Source of the DNA: Chrysomallon squamiferum
Taxonomy: Eukaryota; Animalia; Mollusca
Length of the DNA: 64,000 nt
Assembly: GCA_012295275.1 (NCBI GenBank)
Contig: CM022674.1
Location: forward strand, 5,270,001 to 5,334,000
Direction of reading: 5' to 3'
The notes beneath the pieces were generated by a model. It was not told the origin of the DNA and did no database searches. It saw only the letters and a program-made list of their open reading frames with translations. The position numbers were made by a program, and so were the translations under genes. Shown piece after piece: positions 31,736-47,953 of this stretch (the first letter of the stretch is position 1; every line of letters starts with the position of its first letter).

Positions 31736-32531
31736 AATAAATAAATCAATAAATCAATAAATAAATAAATCCGAATGGATGAATATTTAGCGGCAATTTA
31801 TTTTATTTTATATTTTGTATCGTTCCACTTATCGATACATTTATTCTTTCTTTCATTCAGTCTTTCATTTATTATATTACTTAGGGGATACGTATATATA
31901 TATATATATATAAGTGTGTGTGTGTGTTTAATGTTTTGATATAGAAATATTCCCTAATAATTAAAAATTAAATCAGATTTTTCTAAATGTTTTTACCTTG
32001 CACTTAGCGACTATTTTCAAATAATCATGGATTTATCTTTTCAAAAGTGCCCTTTTTACATTTTATTGTTTTACAACGACAGCATGTTCGAACCTATGCA
32101 GTGGCAATATTTCATATATTTTTATCGTAACAAGTTCTCGAGTACTATCACGATATACGTGGCGATAGACGTAATAACTTCCCCTCGATTCTGATTTTAA
32201 TAACAGCATCATTATTTATATTGAAAGTAATACCATAAAAAGCTAACTTGAAATATAGTTCCTGCTTGTTGTGTTTTTACATTTTTATTGGCTATTGAGA
32301 ACTTTCGAAGTTTTGTATAGTCGACAGTGTCAGGTAACGCAAAATGAAGAATTCAATAAAGTTTTGAACAATTGGAATAGAGCAAATCAATCTTTTGACC
32401 AAAACCAGGTCATGTCCGGAAAGAAATAATCAATTTTTAGTATTGTTGGTCATAGACGAAATAGTAAATCGAAAGTTATGTATAGTCACTGACACTCTTT
32501 TAGATTCTGAAAATTGTTGAATGAAGAGAAT

Positions 32532-32609
<78 letters not shown>

Positions 32610-32674
32610 TGATTAATATGGAAGTTTTGGTTTAGAATGTATCCACAGTCAGTCCATGCATGGGTTTGTTTCTG

Positions 32675-32705
<31 letters not shown>

Positions 32706-33073
32706 CTTGAAGGCAGTTATACTTCCGTATAAATATGCATACAAATAGGCTACATAAAAACTATTTGTCACGTGAACATCAGTGGCATTTCCATTGTTGC
32801 TCAGTATACCTCTTTATGACATCATTAATATTGGAAAATGATTTGTCGTGTGTGACCAAATTGTTTTACACTGATTCAGTAAAACTGCAAAACACAACGA
32901 GAACAAACATTTCTTGTCTGAAATCTGATCCTCGTCTGTTACAAAAGTAGTAAGTAATTTTATGCTGTTCTTCTTCTTAGTTTGTAATTTTCAAAAATTA
33001 TATTGATATATTTTTTTATAATTATATTTTATTTTTTTTTTTTTTATTTTTTATTGTCATTTATTTATTTATT

Positions 33074-33130
<57 letters not shown>

Positions 33131-33368
33131 TAGTTTCTTCTGATTTCATTTGATTTTAGCTTTATACTTTTTAACATTATTGTTTTATTGATTATTTTTT
33201 TTTATTTTAATTTTAAAATATTTTACTTAGTTATATTTTGTACTTCAGTTTATTTATTTGAGTTTATTGTATTTCTTAGTTTTAATTTATTCTTGGAAAA
33301 CGAAATTAAACAAAGAAATTAATATAAATAAGAAGCTAATTATATATTATTACTGCTATTCCTAATAT

Positions 33369-33422
<54 letters not shown>

Positions 33423-33532
33423 AACTACTACTACAACTATTATTATTGCTGTTGTTGTTTTATGTTACTGCTAAATTTAGAATTTCTTCTTTTTTTTCTT
33501 CTTCTTTTTCAATTTCAGACATCTTTACTAAA

Positions 33533-35210
<1,678 letters not shown>

Positions 35211-35484
35211 CACCTTTACTTAACCCAAGTAAACTGAACTCACAACCACTATTTAATTATACAGACTGTTCCTTTACGTAAATATTCCTCTTTAGAAAGT
35301 AGCATAATATATTCCAGTTATTACAATAAGAATATGAAAAAGAACTTGTGAGATATCTATCTATCTATCTGTCTATCTATCTATATGTCTGTCTGTCTGT
35401 TTGTCTATCTTTCTATCTATCTATCTGTCTGTCTCTACATATATGTATGTGTGTTTGTGTGTGTCTGTGTATATACACAACACA

Positions 35485-35517
<33 letters not shown>

Positions 35518-35584
35518 TTAAAGATAATATTGTTAGGTACTAACCCTCTATATTATTTTATTCATATATGTTTTGAAAAAGTAT

Positions 35585-35625
<41 letters not shown>

Positions 35626-37771
35626 TGATCTACTAAATCTGTCTGAAAGGATGTTATTTGTTTTTGTTGTGAATCTCCATAAAAGAAAATATTTACGAAA
35701 CAAAATCTTTCGACACATCTACTTTAAAAATGATTTAACTAACATGATCACATACCCGTTTATGATATGTGTATGTGTGTGTGCGTGAATGTATGTGTGC
35801 GTGCGCGCACTTGAATAGAATTCACTTGTGTGCACCACCACGCGACCGAAGAGACACATTTTAAAATCAAGACTGTCGGAAATTTTCAGAAGTTAATTAT
35901 TTATCGGTAACCAAAGGTTTGAAACAAATCTATCAAACAGAAGAACACTGTAAGACTAAATCTAGGTTTGACATAAAAATTTAACATAACAGAACAGCAA
36001 AAAAACGGAAACAGGCTTTACCCAATGCGCTCATATCTTTGCATAATAACAGAAATGGATGTTGAAGTTATTTGGTTATTTTTTTTATTATTATTATTAT
36101 TATTATTTTTTTTTTTTAATAAAAATTTCGTTTGCAAAATCTGTTTATTTATTAAAGTGAAGTTAGAAATATACAGATGATGTAGGTTTGTAAACGTGAA
36201 TATGTGTGTTGTGTGCGTGTCTCTGTGCGTGAGTCGTGCATGGGTTATATTATTTCAGTAGTTTTACTTCAGACTTTGAGTTCAGATCTCAGTAGAGATA
36301 GGTTGTGGGATGTCTTCATAGTCCCAATAAAAATATTCTTCTTAGTGTCTGCAAATTAACTGTATTTTATTCTGTAAATGGTTAAAAAAAAAAAAAAAAA
36401 AAAATCAGTTACTGTGAAGTGAAGGAACCTTTACATTCAGAACACAACTACTATGATTTTTCGAAAAAATCTGTAAAAGAAACTGATTATTCTATATAAA
36501 CAATTGTATTAAATAGTGCAAATGGTTGAAAAAGTCCATCTGTGTAAACGAACCTTTTGTTTCCAAAAAGAAAAAAAAAAAAAAAGAAAAAGAAGAAAGG
36601 AAAGACTATCAATATCAAATAACAGACATACTGAAAATGTTAAAACAAATCGTATCCTATGAATAAATCTTTAGATTTTGTTTTTGATGTTACGATCATA
36701 TCACATATACTAAGATATTCACAGATACGTTTTTGCATAAAAAAAAAAATCCTTTAGATTGCTATATATATGTAAAATATTAAATCAAACCCTTGTCTGA
36801 GAACAAACCATTACATTATTTTTATTCCGTACAGCACTAAACGGTTCAAACAAATCGCGTTGTGTGTGCGAGCCTTTAGCTAACGAATGCCGTGGATATT
36901 GTTCTGTTGGGTGTTATTAAAATGTTTACAAGGCAACAAGGATTAGCCAGTGGTCGAAACACGAAACCAAATTAACACGAATCAATACAGAACCCTGAAA
37001 TAATCATATCTGTGTTGTTTCTAATTATATCTACTAACATACGTAATAATTATACTTAAAATATTTTTAGATACCTTATAATCATACCCGTCGCTTTGGT
37101 ATTCTCGAAGTACTGCGAGGTATCTGGGTTCAAAATCGTGTTGACGACTTCTTTGGTAAAAAAACTAAGTGGTGATGTGTTAGCATATAATGATGTCGCG
37201 TCATTTTCTGTAGTCTTCAGCCTTAACATTGCCTCAGATAATATGAAGTATATGTAAGGAATCTGGATTTCGAAGACAAACTGAACTGCAAAAGATTAAA
37301 GGTGTAAAGCGTTTTGAATAATTTATTAAATACTAAACACGAATCGTAGATTGAGATCATCGGCAAGAAAAACAACAACAACAATAATAATAACAAAAAT
37401 AATAAAATAATAACCGTGATAATTATTATTACCGACAACAGCAGCAGCATCAACGTCAACAACAACAAAAAACAACAACAACAGGAATAATAATAACAAC
37501 AACAATATTAATAACAACAACAACAAAAGGAATAATAATAACAACAACAATACTAATAACAACAACAAAAATAACAACAGTAATAATAATGACAACAGCA
37601 GCAGCAACATCATCACCACAACAACAATAATAATACTAAGACGTTGACAGTAAAAGAACAACAATAACAACAAAGTAATATTAAAAACAAACGCGAGAAT
37701 ATCAACAACAATAAAGACAACAACAAAACAAAATGCGACAAAAAGAAGGAACATTACAAAAACACACACAC

Positions 37772-37817
<46 letters not shown>

Positions 37818-38155
37818 GCGCGCGCGCTCGCGCGCTTGAAACACAAGCCTAACCAAAAAATCCCCGCAATAATAAAAACAACAACAATGACGAACAGCGA
37901 AAATATCAGCTATAACACTAACAAGAAAACAACAACAACTACAATAACAATAATAATATTTATAATACTTCATCGTCATCGTCGTCTGAGCACAAATCAT
38001 TAACATCAGCAGTGTAGTGGTCTTTTAGGACAAATTCTGAGAAATGAATGCGCCCATAGATTCATATCTGATGAAAAACAAAAACAAATTTCTACAAAAG
38101 GATTTTGTTATTTTCACAAAGACTGATTGTTAGTAATGAATTCTGTTATTAAGAT

Positions 38156-38291
<136 letters not shown>

Positions 38292-40010
38292 TATATTTTT
38301 CCACTCAGTAAAATAGATATACAATGGTACATAAATATAACTTATTAATAAAATGAAATGGACTGTTGTTATATATAAAATGTAAAATTTGTTTACAAAA
38401 CTGATATACAGAAAATTGTTTTAAAATACTACTGCTGCTACTACTACTATAACTACTGCAACTACTACAACTAGTACTACTACTACTACTATAAATAATT
38501 TATACTATTAGTCCTTATATAATAATAATAATTATAATAATAAAAACATAAAGTTTATTTTACCAATAGGAGAAATATGATTTTTTAAAATGACAGATCA
38601 CCTTTATAAGTCATTAATTTTTCTGGCTACCTTTGTTTCTGTCAAACATTTCGATTTTTAATAACCATTATTAGCGAAAATATACTCCGCGAAAAAGAAA
38701 AAAGAAAAGAAAGTAAATAAACAAATAACATTTCTGATAAATATCATGATAAAATTGTTTTTCCAAGAGAAAATAGGATTAAGGTTGCATTGTTCTGACG
38801 TAACGCCAATCGACGAAATTTATCCCGAGTCTTTTGTTTGTTGGAAAAGGCAAATGTTTTGTTTCCTTCTTGTATATACATATATACACATACCTATATA
38901 TATATATATCTTTATAATCACAAGAAAGGCAAACAAATAAAATAATAAATAAATAAATAAATAACATTTTAAAAATAATACTAAAATCAAATAAAATAGA
39001 ACAACAAAATAACCTTAAATATAACCAGTTAATCTCATTTTTCTAAAAATAAGTTGAATATACACTTATTCTTAATTAAGCTCTATTTCTTTCTTCTTCT
39101 TTTTTTTTCTGTAAATTTACAGACATCAGAGGGACTTGAAGATCTATTTACAAAAACAGGATAAACTTAAAGACAGCCAGTAAAATCAGTCACATCAACC
39201 AGAATATACCGTTATTGAAAAGCATTTCTTTTTTTCGTGGTGTATATACAAGATACAGGTGGACTTGCACATCTCTTTGTAACCAACATGCAGAAAATCA
39301 CACCAAAGATGAATGCTAAGACCTCATTAATTTTAATTAGCTGATGGAAAAATCACGGTAAGCCGACGTCGTTGCTTTTGCGTCGACTACATTTTTCCTA
39401 CATTCACTGCGACAGCAGATCCACGTGGGTAGAAAATCCTAGGCGTATAATAAGCAAATTATAATAATACAAATCACAAACAAGCATACAGTGCATTAAA
39501 GCATGTGTTAGCTGTAAAAGAAAACCACGATTTGTAGTGTGCGTGTATGTTGGCGGAAAAATTAACCCGTTGGTATTTTGTCTCGTGCGTTCTCGGTTTT
39601 TATTTTTTGTTTCCGTACGTTTTCGTACATTAAGAGGTATGTTTGAATTTATTAATTAATTTATTAATTAAATGCTTAGTTTGTTTTGTTTTATTTTGTT
39701 TTATTAATTAATTAAAAAATGTAACAAATAATGAAACGAAATATCAATGGCTGTTCCATGTGAAACTAACATTTCTTCTTATTGCGCTTGTTTGTTTGTT
39801 TGTTTTTAACTTACGAAGATATTCCTAAATAGTAAAACACATAGTAGAAGAGCCTTTGAAAACTAGAAACAAGTTTGATGTCATAATATACACACCCCTT
39901 CCTAAATACGTCAAAGATAATGCCTGGAATATAAATTAAAAATTACTTTTGAATATATATATATATACATCCAGGCAACCACGGTGTTAAAACACGGCAA
40001 ACGAACAAAA

Positions 40011-40960
40011 ATGGAGAAGACGAGAAAAAAGGTAGCAATAATCGGCGACACGGCGAGTGGGAAGACGTCATTGTTGGCAGCATTCAGCAACATCATCTGG
40101 CCCGGCGTCTACGTTCCTAGCAACTTCGAAAGCTTCGACGTCGACCTCAAACACTACAACGTCCAAGTGAGTGAGCTTCGTCAGCTACTATGCACAACTT
40201 ACAGTCAATAATAATAATAACGTGATTTGTTTAAACTTCGTGTTTATAATCTTTATTTTATTCAGTCTCTTTCTGTTCCTCTCTCTCTCTCTGTTTATAC
40301 CATTCTGGTACGTCTTCTGATAATAAATAAAGATACTTCCTTTGGTCTGAAAACGAAAAAAAATAAAAATAAAAATAAATAAATAAGATAATAAAATAGA
40401 AAAATAACAAAAGCAAGTTATTAAAAAACACCACGTTTGGGTGACCTCATATATTACGTCTTTGTTGACGTCAGCAGCTCACTGTTCATATATAATACAA
40501 TATTACTGAACTAGTTTAACTGGGAATATAATATTTTTCGTACTGTAGGCATACTCAATGTAGGCGTACTGGGTTGTAGGCAAAAATGAGACAGAACAAC
40601 AACAACAACAATAATAATAATATATAAAATATCTTATTCTATTATTATCATAATCATCATCATCATCATTGCTGTTGTTACTATTATTATCATTATCGTT
40701 ATAAATTTTATTATCATCAACATTATTATTATTACTATTATGTATATTATTATTATTATTTTATTTATTTTTACTATTATTATTTTATTATTATTATTAT
40801 TATTACTATTATTATTAGTTTTATTATTATATTACTATTATTATTACTTTACTATTATTATTATTATTATTACTTTTATTATTACTATTATTATTACTTT
40901 TACTATTATTATCATTATTATTATTATTATTATTATTACTATTATTATTATTACTATTAC

Positions 40961-41041
<81 letters not shown>

Positions 41042-41435
41042 CTGTACGCAGATGGAATTTGGAATATGGGGAATATCAGGACTACAAAACTGTTTTCTTC
41101 TACGCACTCTGTTCTACCAGAACGTTGACGTCGTCCTCATTTGCTACTCCATCGACAACACCCTCAGTCTCGACAACGTGGCCAAAAAATGGCTGCCGGA
41201 AGTTAACAGAAACTGCCCGGATGTTCCCATAATTCTCGTGGGCAACAACAAACACAGACGCCACGACGACATGTTGCAGCAGTCGATTATCAAATACTAC
41301 CCCGTTGACTACGACGACGGCATGCAGATGTCAAAGTTCATAGGCGCCGTGAACTACTTGGAATGTTCGGCGAGGACAGGTGATGGGATTAACGAGGTTT
41401 TCGAAACTGCCAAACAGTTCGCTATGAAAAAATAA
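40011..41435 (+). CDS. Atypical RhoA-like small GTPase / probable pseudo-GTPase, 179 aa
   Basis: Exons 40011-40166 (52 codons, CAA|gtgag) and 41052-41435 (cag|ATG). Colinear with RhoA (RKKVAIIGDTASGKT...YVPSNFE...ICYSIDN...KWLPEVNRNCPDVPIILVGN...YLECSARTGDGINEVFETA). G3 and G4 are degenerate and there is no CAAX. Confidence 0.88.
40630..41041. repeat. (ATT)n-type microsatellite filling the 3' half of the Rho-like intron
   Basis: Trinucleotide tract ending about 10 nt before the acceptor at 41051. It explains the poly-Ile start of ORF 40740-41435. Confidence 0.9.
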
Positions 41436-41692
41436 CAAAGAGAATGGAAGAGCACAGAAATGAGCTCTGTATTTTTTATTTTATTTTTTTATTTCTTTAT
41501 AAGGAAGGAAAGATAAAAAGAAAAAAAAGAAATGAAGAATGAAAGATTAAAAAAGACATTAAATGAAAGGACAAACGAAAGAACGAATGCAAGTAAGACA
41601 GAAAGAAAAAGAAGGAAAAACGAATTAAAGAAAAATGAAGAAAGAAAGGTAGGTAAATTTGAAATTACGAATCTGAAGATGTATTAAAATAG

Positions 41693-41750
<58 letters not shown>

Positions 41751-42140
41751 GCTAGTACTACTACTACTGCTACTACTACTACTACTACTACTATTACTAC
41801 TACTACTATTATTACTACTACTACTACTACTACTAATACTACTACTATTACTACTACTACTATTACTACTGCTACTACTACTACCACTACTGCTGCTACT
41901 ACTACTACTACTACTACTACTAATAATAAGAAGAAGAATAATAAGAAGAAGAAAATGAAAAAGATGGAGAATAACAACAAGAATGGTAGTATGAATAACA
42001 ATATCATATTTTTATGATGTAAACGAGCTATCTGTGTAAAATAATGATGTGTGAAAAGAAAATCATTTGACTGGGTTACTCTTTAATCATTAGCAGCAAG
42101 AAATATTTTTTGCACCTTCCATAAGGAGACCAATGTAGCT

Positions 42141-42225
42141 GAGTACCAGTCGGAACGGGAAATTGGCCAAAATGTGCTGTCGTAAGGTTTGATCCTGCGA
42201 CCACAATGGTCATCAGGTAGAGATT
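42141..42225 (-). mobile_element. SINE fragment (same family as 7802)
   Basis: Reverse strand reads GGTCGCAGGATCAAACC (B-box-like) ... GGCCAATTTCCCGTTCCGACTGGTACTC, which matches the shared core. Confidence 0.45.
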
Positions 42226-43989
42226 TATTATTCGCATTTTTTTAAAAAGAGAAAGAAAGAAAATAACAGAGAAAGAAAGAAAGAAAGAAAGAATAACTGA
42301 ATATATATTTTTTGATTATTGTTAATTATTTTAGGCCTTTGTTGTAAATAGTTATGGTTTTACGAATCCATGTGCACTCGTGTAGTTAGTAAAAAGATTA
42401 TCATAACTGTGTCATTGTTTAAATTTTTAATATAATAATAATAATAACAACAACAATAATAACATTTATAATGATATTTCACGATAATAATAAAAATAAT
42501 CATCATCGTCGTTGCTGCAATTAGCATACTATTATTATCGTCGTTGTTGTTGTTGATGATGACGACGGTGACAGTGCTGCAGCAGAAGCTACATTATTAG
42601 AAAATGCTAATAAAACTGGAAATATTAATAATAATTACACTATTGCGTAGAAATATGATGCCAAACAGTTCTATGGACTGGTAATGAACTTTGAAACATC
42701 CTTTTGTTATCTGTCTTGAAATACAACTAATTATCTAAACTAAGTTTCGTAGTGTGTATGAAATGGACACCTTTCTTTGGTTCATTAATTATTGATTCTA
42801 GAAAAGAAAAATTTATTTAATACGTATATTTAAATATTGACGGTTTTTCGAGACCGTTTTGAGTTCAACAGAAATATTATATTTTTATATTTACTCGGGA
42901 AATTTTATTTATTTATTTATTTTTGTTTGTTTGTTTCTTTGTTTGCTTGTTATGTATTTATTAAAAACACACACACACACACACACATGATTTCTCTTAT
43001 TATGAAACTTACACATTTTCGTTCATTTTAGCCTTTTCTACTTCCATTTATTCATCCATATTGCCTTTAATATTTTTTCTCATAAATAATTAAAATAAAT
43101 AAAGAAAGAAAGAAATACAGAAGAAAAAGAAGGTGAAGAAATATTCTGATTGTTGTCGTATTGGCAAACTTTACTGAGTCTCGCAGTGATCTGTTAAAAA
43201 CAGAAAAGCAAGCGATTCAAAAAATAAATCAAAAAGAATTACAGAAAATAAGGTGAACAGAATAAAGAACAAAACAAAAAGAAGCGAAACGGAAATAGGT
43301 ATTGCACGAAAACACCATATATTCTCCATAAAAATAACTTTCAACAAAGCAATCGTGACAAGGAAATAATAAAATTTAAAAAAAAGAGATAATATTACCG
43401 TCTGCTAAACCCGTTTTGCGCCTTTTTCATAAATGTATCCTGTTTATCTAAATATAAACACGGGTACGATGTTAAAAAGATTGTGAGCAGTAACATCGGC
43501 TGGTTAATTTGTTTCTATGGCGATAAAATACGACGGAAACTTTTTAGTTCCGCTCTCATCAAAAGATCGTCGGTTAAGTTTGTTTACGAATTAACATCGT
43601 GTTAAGATAGAAAACCACATGTTCCTGTTTTAATATTTCATTTAATTGTTGAAAAATTAAAATAATTTGTACCTGTTAGAATATATATTATTTATTTATT
43701 TAATTATTTGTTTCTTTGTTTTGGGGGGTTAGTTAGTTTTTTTTACTTTTTCACTTATTTTATTACATTTATTTTGTTACTCTTTTATTTATTTTTTTAT
43801 TTTTTTTACTTTTTTATGTTTTTAATTTATTCTCTTTTTTTCCTTTGTTTGCTCTTGTTTCATTTTATTTTATTTTATTTTATTTTATTTTATTTTTTAT
43901 AATATTTATTATATTTTAATTTTGTTTGGTATCAGTTTTTGTTTTTTGCAGTTATTATTATTTTTTATTAATTAATTAATTAATTTATT

Positions 43990-44025
<36 letters not shown>

Positions 44026-44301
44026 TTAATTTTATTATTATTTTGTTATTATTATTTTTATTATATATTTTTCTCATTTTTTATATATTCTCATTTTTAT
44101 GTACTTATTTTCACATAACCAAATATTTGATGCAAACAGTTTTATGTTCCTAACCACCCGAAGTGTTATGTGCTTTAAATGTATCTCAGAGAAATCCCCG
44201 CGGGTAGATCTTTATCTCTCAAAATAATGTCCGGTTTGAATTTATCGTCTTATTTTTCTTGTAAAATAAGGATGTTAAAAGGAAAGGTAAATGATTTTCC
44301 G

Positions 44302-44346
<45 letters not shown>

Positions 44347-45038
44347 AAGGTAATGTGTATATACAACTGACATTATGACGTTACATTAGAAAAAAAGAGG
44401 TGGGGGGAGAGATCGAATATGAATGTTCGTGTGCATGCTAATCTCATCTATTTGTTTAATATGTCTATTATTATTATTATTATTATTTGTTAATTATTAT
44501 TATTGTTGTTGTTGTTGTTGTTATTATTATTATTATTATCTTTTTATTAGATATAATTTAAATCTCAAACTATATATTTTGTTTAAAACGGATAGACAGA
44601 CATACAGATGGATATTTATTAGATAGACAGATTGATAGGTAAAAATGCTAGCAGATACAGATAGATAGATATCTAAGAATTAGGTAAATAAATAAATAAA
44701 TAAAACAAGCTAACCTACTTTATTAAATATACACGAAGGCGTCTTGGGTCAAGGATAAACACAATAATAAATAAATAAATAGACTAATAACAATAAACAT
44801 AAAAGACTTACCACCGACAATGACTGTTTATTGGCTAACGTCGACCAATGGGAAATAAAACATTTTAATTCCGCATTGACAAATAGAATTTCAGATATAT
44901 ATATATATATATATATATATCTGATCTATAAACATTCACTTCTTAAGGTGGCAGAAACCCCATTTATTCTTTGTTTGTATAAGTGAAAAGACAAGCTAAA
45001 GGAACAACGTAAAAGAATTCTCGCTGTTAAGAGAACGG

Positions 45039-45973
45039 ATGCAATGGCCAAAGTTAGCAGCAGTTGTTTTCTTGATCGTCGTCGTGGTTGTTGCTAACGT
45101 CGTGGTTGCTCACCCACGTCGTCCTAAAGAGGAAATCTGGACGTGACTCCAGTAGATTCAGTGAGGCGGACAAATTTTATTAATTTTGCTACAGGTGAGA
45201 AATTATTTTGTTTATGTATCTTTGCTGTTTGTTTGTTTATTTGTTTGTATTCGAGTGTCTATGTTTTTGGGAAAGATAGTGAAGGAATGTTTTTTTTGTT
45301 GATTTTATTTTATTTTATTTTATTTTTATTTTTATTTTTTTTGAATTGTAGTTGTTATTGTTGTTCTGAAGGTTTTTAAGAATAATTATATTATTTATTT
45401 ATTTATTTATATTTCATTATTACTACTATTAATACAATTATTACTAATATAGTTAACTCTTCACCACCATTATTATTATTTCTATTATTATTATTATCAT
45501 CATTATTATTATTTATTATTATTATTTTCATCATTATTATTATTATTGCTGTTATTATTATTTTTATTGCTATTATTATTATTTTCATTATTATTATTAT
45601 TATTATTATCATTATTATTATTATTATTATTACTATTATTATTATCATCATCATCATCATTATTATTATTATCATTATTAGTATTAGTATTAGTATTATT
45701 GCTATTATTATTATCATCATCATCATCATTATTATTATCATTATTATTATTATTATCATCATCATCATCATCATCATCATTATTATTATTATTATTATTA
45801 CAGGAGTTCTTTCGCACACTGGACCTGTGGAGTACATACGGAGGAGGAGGTGCAATGTACTGCACATGAGCGCGTTCCTCATGATACTGAAATCGTACTG
45901 CCAGTGGCTGAAGGATCAAGGAATTACCCCCCTTGACGATTTCTGCCATGAACCACCGCTGAACTTTCCCTGA
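45039..45973 (+). CDS. Putative secreted prepropeptide (signal peptide, KR/RR/RRRR sites, 40-aa C-terminal peptide with 3 Cys); needs one extra A at 45126-45128 (assembly error or pseudogene)
   Basis: ATG 45039 encodes a clear signal peptide MQWPKLAAVVFLIVVVVVANVVVA-HPRRPK. As written this frame stops at 45146. A -1 shift gives RGNLDVTPVDSVRRTNFINFAT G|gtgag (donor 45195), joined to acceptor cag at 45803 and VLSHTGPVEYIRRRRCNVLHMSAFLMILKSYCQWLKDQGITPLDDFCHEPPLNFP* (stop 45971-45973). ATTGG/CCAAT at 44830-44849 and TATAAA at 44927 lie upstream. Confidence 0.5.
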
Positions 45974-47345
45974 ACGATTACGTCCCTTGACAGAAAGACA
46001 CACGTTTTATTAACGTCGACTAAATGTAAATTATATGCGTAGAGATAAAAACACAACAAAAAAAAAAAAAAAAAAAAAAAGATTGTTAATAAAAACATTG
46101 TGGATGTGATTCATTAACCATACGTACGAAAGGGAGTAACTCTAACTTTATATGGAAAGAAGTCTCGCGTGATTTCAAGTTGATACTTGCTAGGAAGAGA
46201 TTGTTTTTTTTTTTTTTTTTTTTTTTCTGATTATGTCGTGTCCGAGTGTCATGATTGTTTTAGGCAATAAAGAGATATATATTTAAAATACGTGTTAACT
46301 GTCTGAAATAAATTCTGAAATTTTTGCTGTACTGTGGGACCTGCAGAATTTGTGGGAGCGAAAGAAAACGTAAAAGAAAAAAAAACGAAAAAAAAAAAAA
46401 AAAAAAAATACATAAAAAAAAAAAAAAAAAAAGAAAATTTTTTTTTTTTTAATATATACGATTTCAACCCGGAACGATTTTTAAAAAAAATTTAATTTTT
46501 TTTTTTTAGTTATTGCGTTATCTGATCCTTTGACAACAGTGGAACTAAATGTTTCCGTCATTATTATAGTAGAAAATTGCTAATATATTGTTACCGGAAT
46601 AGAAAAAGAAGAATATTAATTACATCGTAACATCTCTACCATAAACACACTTGCACACATACACATAAACACATATACCCTATAAATCGTACACATATAT
46701 AATCAATCCATTTTATGCATACTTAAATATACACACACATAAACACACATATGCAAATGCATACGTATGCACATACACAGATATATATATACACACAACA
46801 CACTATAGGGACAGAAACCTGTACATACAAGCAAACATACATAACAAACATAGCATATACAGAAATGCACACACGTTCATATACACATATACCCAGGCAA
46901 CCGAGACAAACATAATTACATTTATATACATACACACAAACACACTCGTTCACAAACTCACATATACATGCACGCACGCGCACACATACATGAACACACA
47001 GAACAGATCAACAAATTAAAAAGACAAACTTATAGAAATACACACACATACATACATGTACACATACAACACATAGTACAAAAACCTTATTTAATCTACA
47101 GGGCACAGTAATACCTGCTGATGTCTTAAGTCAGCATGATATCACAGTGTTAATTCTTACTCCGCGTTTTCGCAGGATGTGAATCAACCTTCTGAAGTGA
47201 AAACAAAAACAGCTGAGTAAGTAAGAAAATTACTTAGTCACTCAAACTTTGGTAGTATAAAAGAAGATAAAATCTTGAGAAGATCATAGCACGATTAAAA
47301 CTCACAAAAAAAACAAAAACAACTACGACAATCAACAAAGAAACA

Positions 47346-47953
47346 ATGAAGATCGCCATTCTGTTTTTGATCTGCGCAATTCTGGGTAAGTAGACATGAA
47401 TGAATGAATGAATAATAGAATGAATTAATAATAGAATAAATGAATAACTGAATGAATATATTTATGGATGAATGGACAACAGAATAGATGGATGAATGAA
47501 CGATAGAATGAATGAATTATAAAAAATGAATGAATGATAGAATGAATATATTAATGGATGAATGAATAACAGAATGTATTGATGGATGTATGGATTAGTG
47601 AATAAATGACAGAATGAACGAATCGTGAAAATGAACGAATGAAGCAATCTTTAATAATAATATACCATACGTTTTAATACTAAACCTAATCAGATGTAAA
47701 GTATATATATTTAATTATTAACGTTATTTCTACCTTCCTACATAATTACATATATATATATAATTTTTCAAAGCGTTACTCTTGTCTTTACTAATTTTAC
47801 AAATATTTAACAGGCTCAATCGTGCTACCGACAACGGATGCATGGCACCGTCGTGGTAGTTGTAAGAAATGTCACGGATGTTACGGCTCTAAATGTTGCT
47901 CCAAATGCAAGTCGTGTGGATCGTGCAAATCGTGCGGCTGTGACAAGAAATGA
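47346..47953 (+). CDS. Secreted Cys-rich CxxC-repeat peptide, copy A (59 aa precursor; mature WHRRGSCKKCHGCYGSKCCSKCKSCGSCKSCGCDKK, 10 Cys)
   Basis: Exon 47346-47385 (MKIAILFLICAILG, G|gtaag) and exon 47814-47953 (cag|GC..., SIVLPTTDA then the mature peptide, TGA). TATAAAA at 47256. 3'-UTR intron 47995-48241 and AATAAA at about 48307. Three clear paralogs lie downstream. Confidence 0.9.

Noticed and set aside
40740-41051. Poly-Ile N-terminal extension on the Rho-like ORF
   Set aside because: Intronic (ATT)n tract; the true exon starts after the acceptor at 41051.
46652-46975. Three MRE-core matches (TGCACAC, TGCACAC, TGCACGC) upstream of copy A
   Set aside because: They sit inside a degenerate (CA)n tract where such matches are expected by chance, and they are absent from B, C and D.
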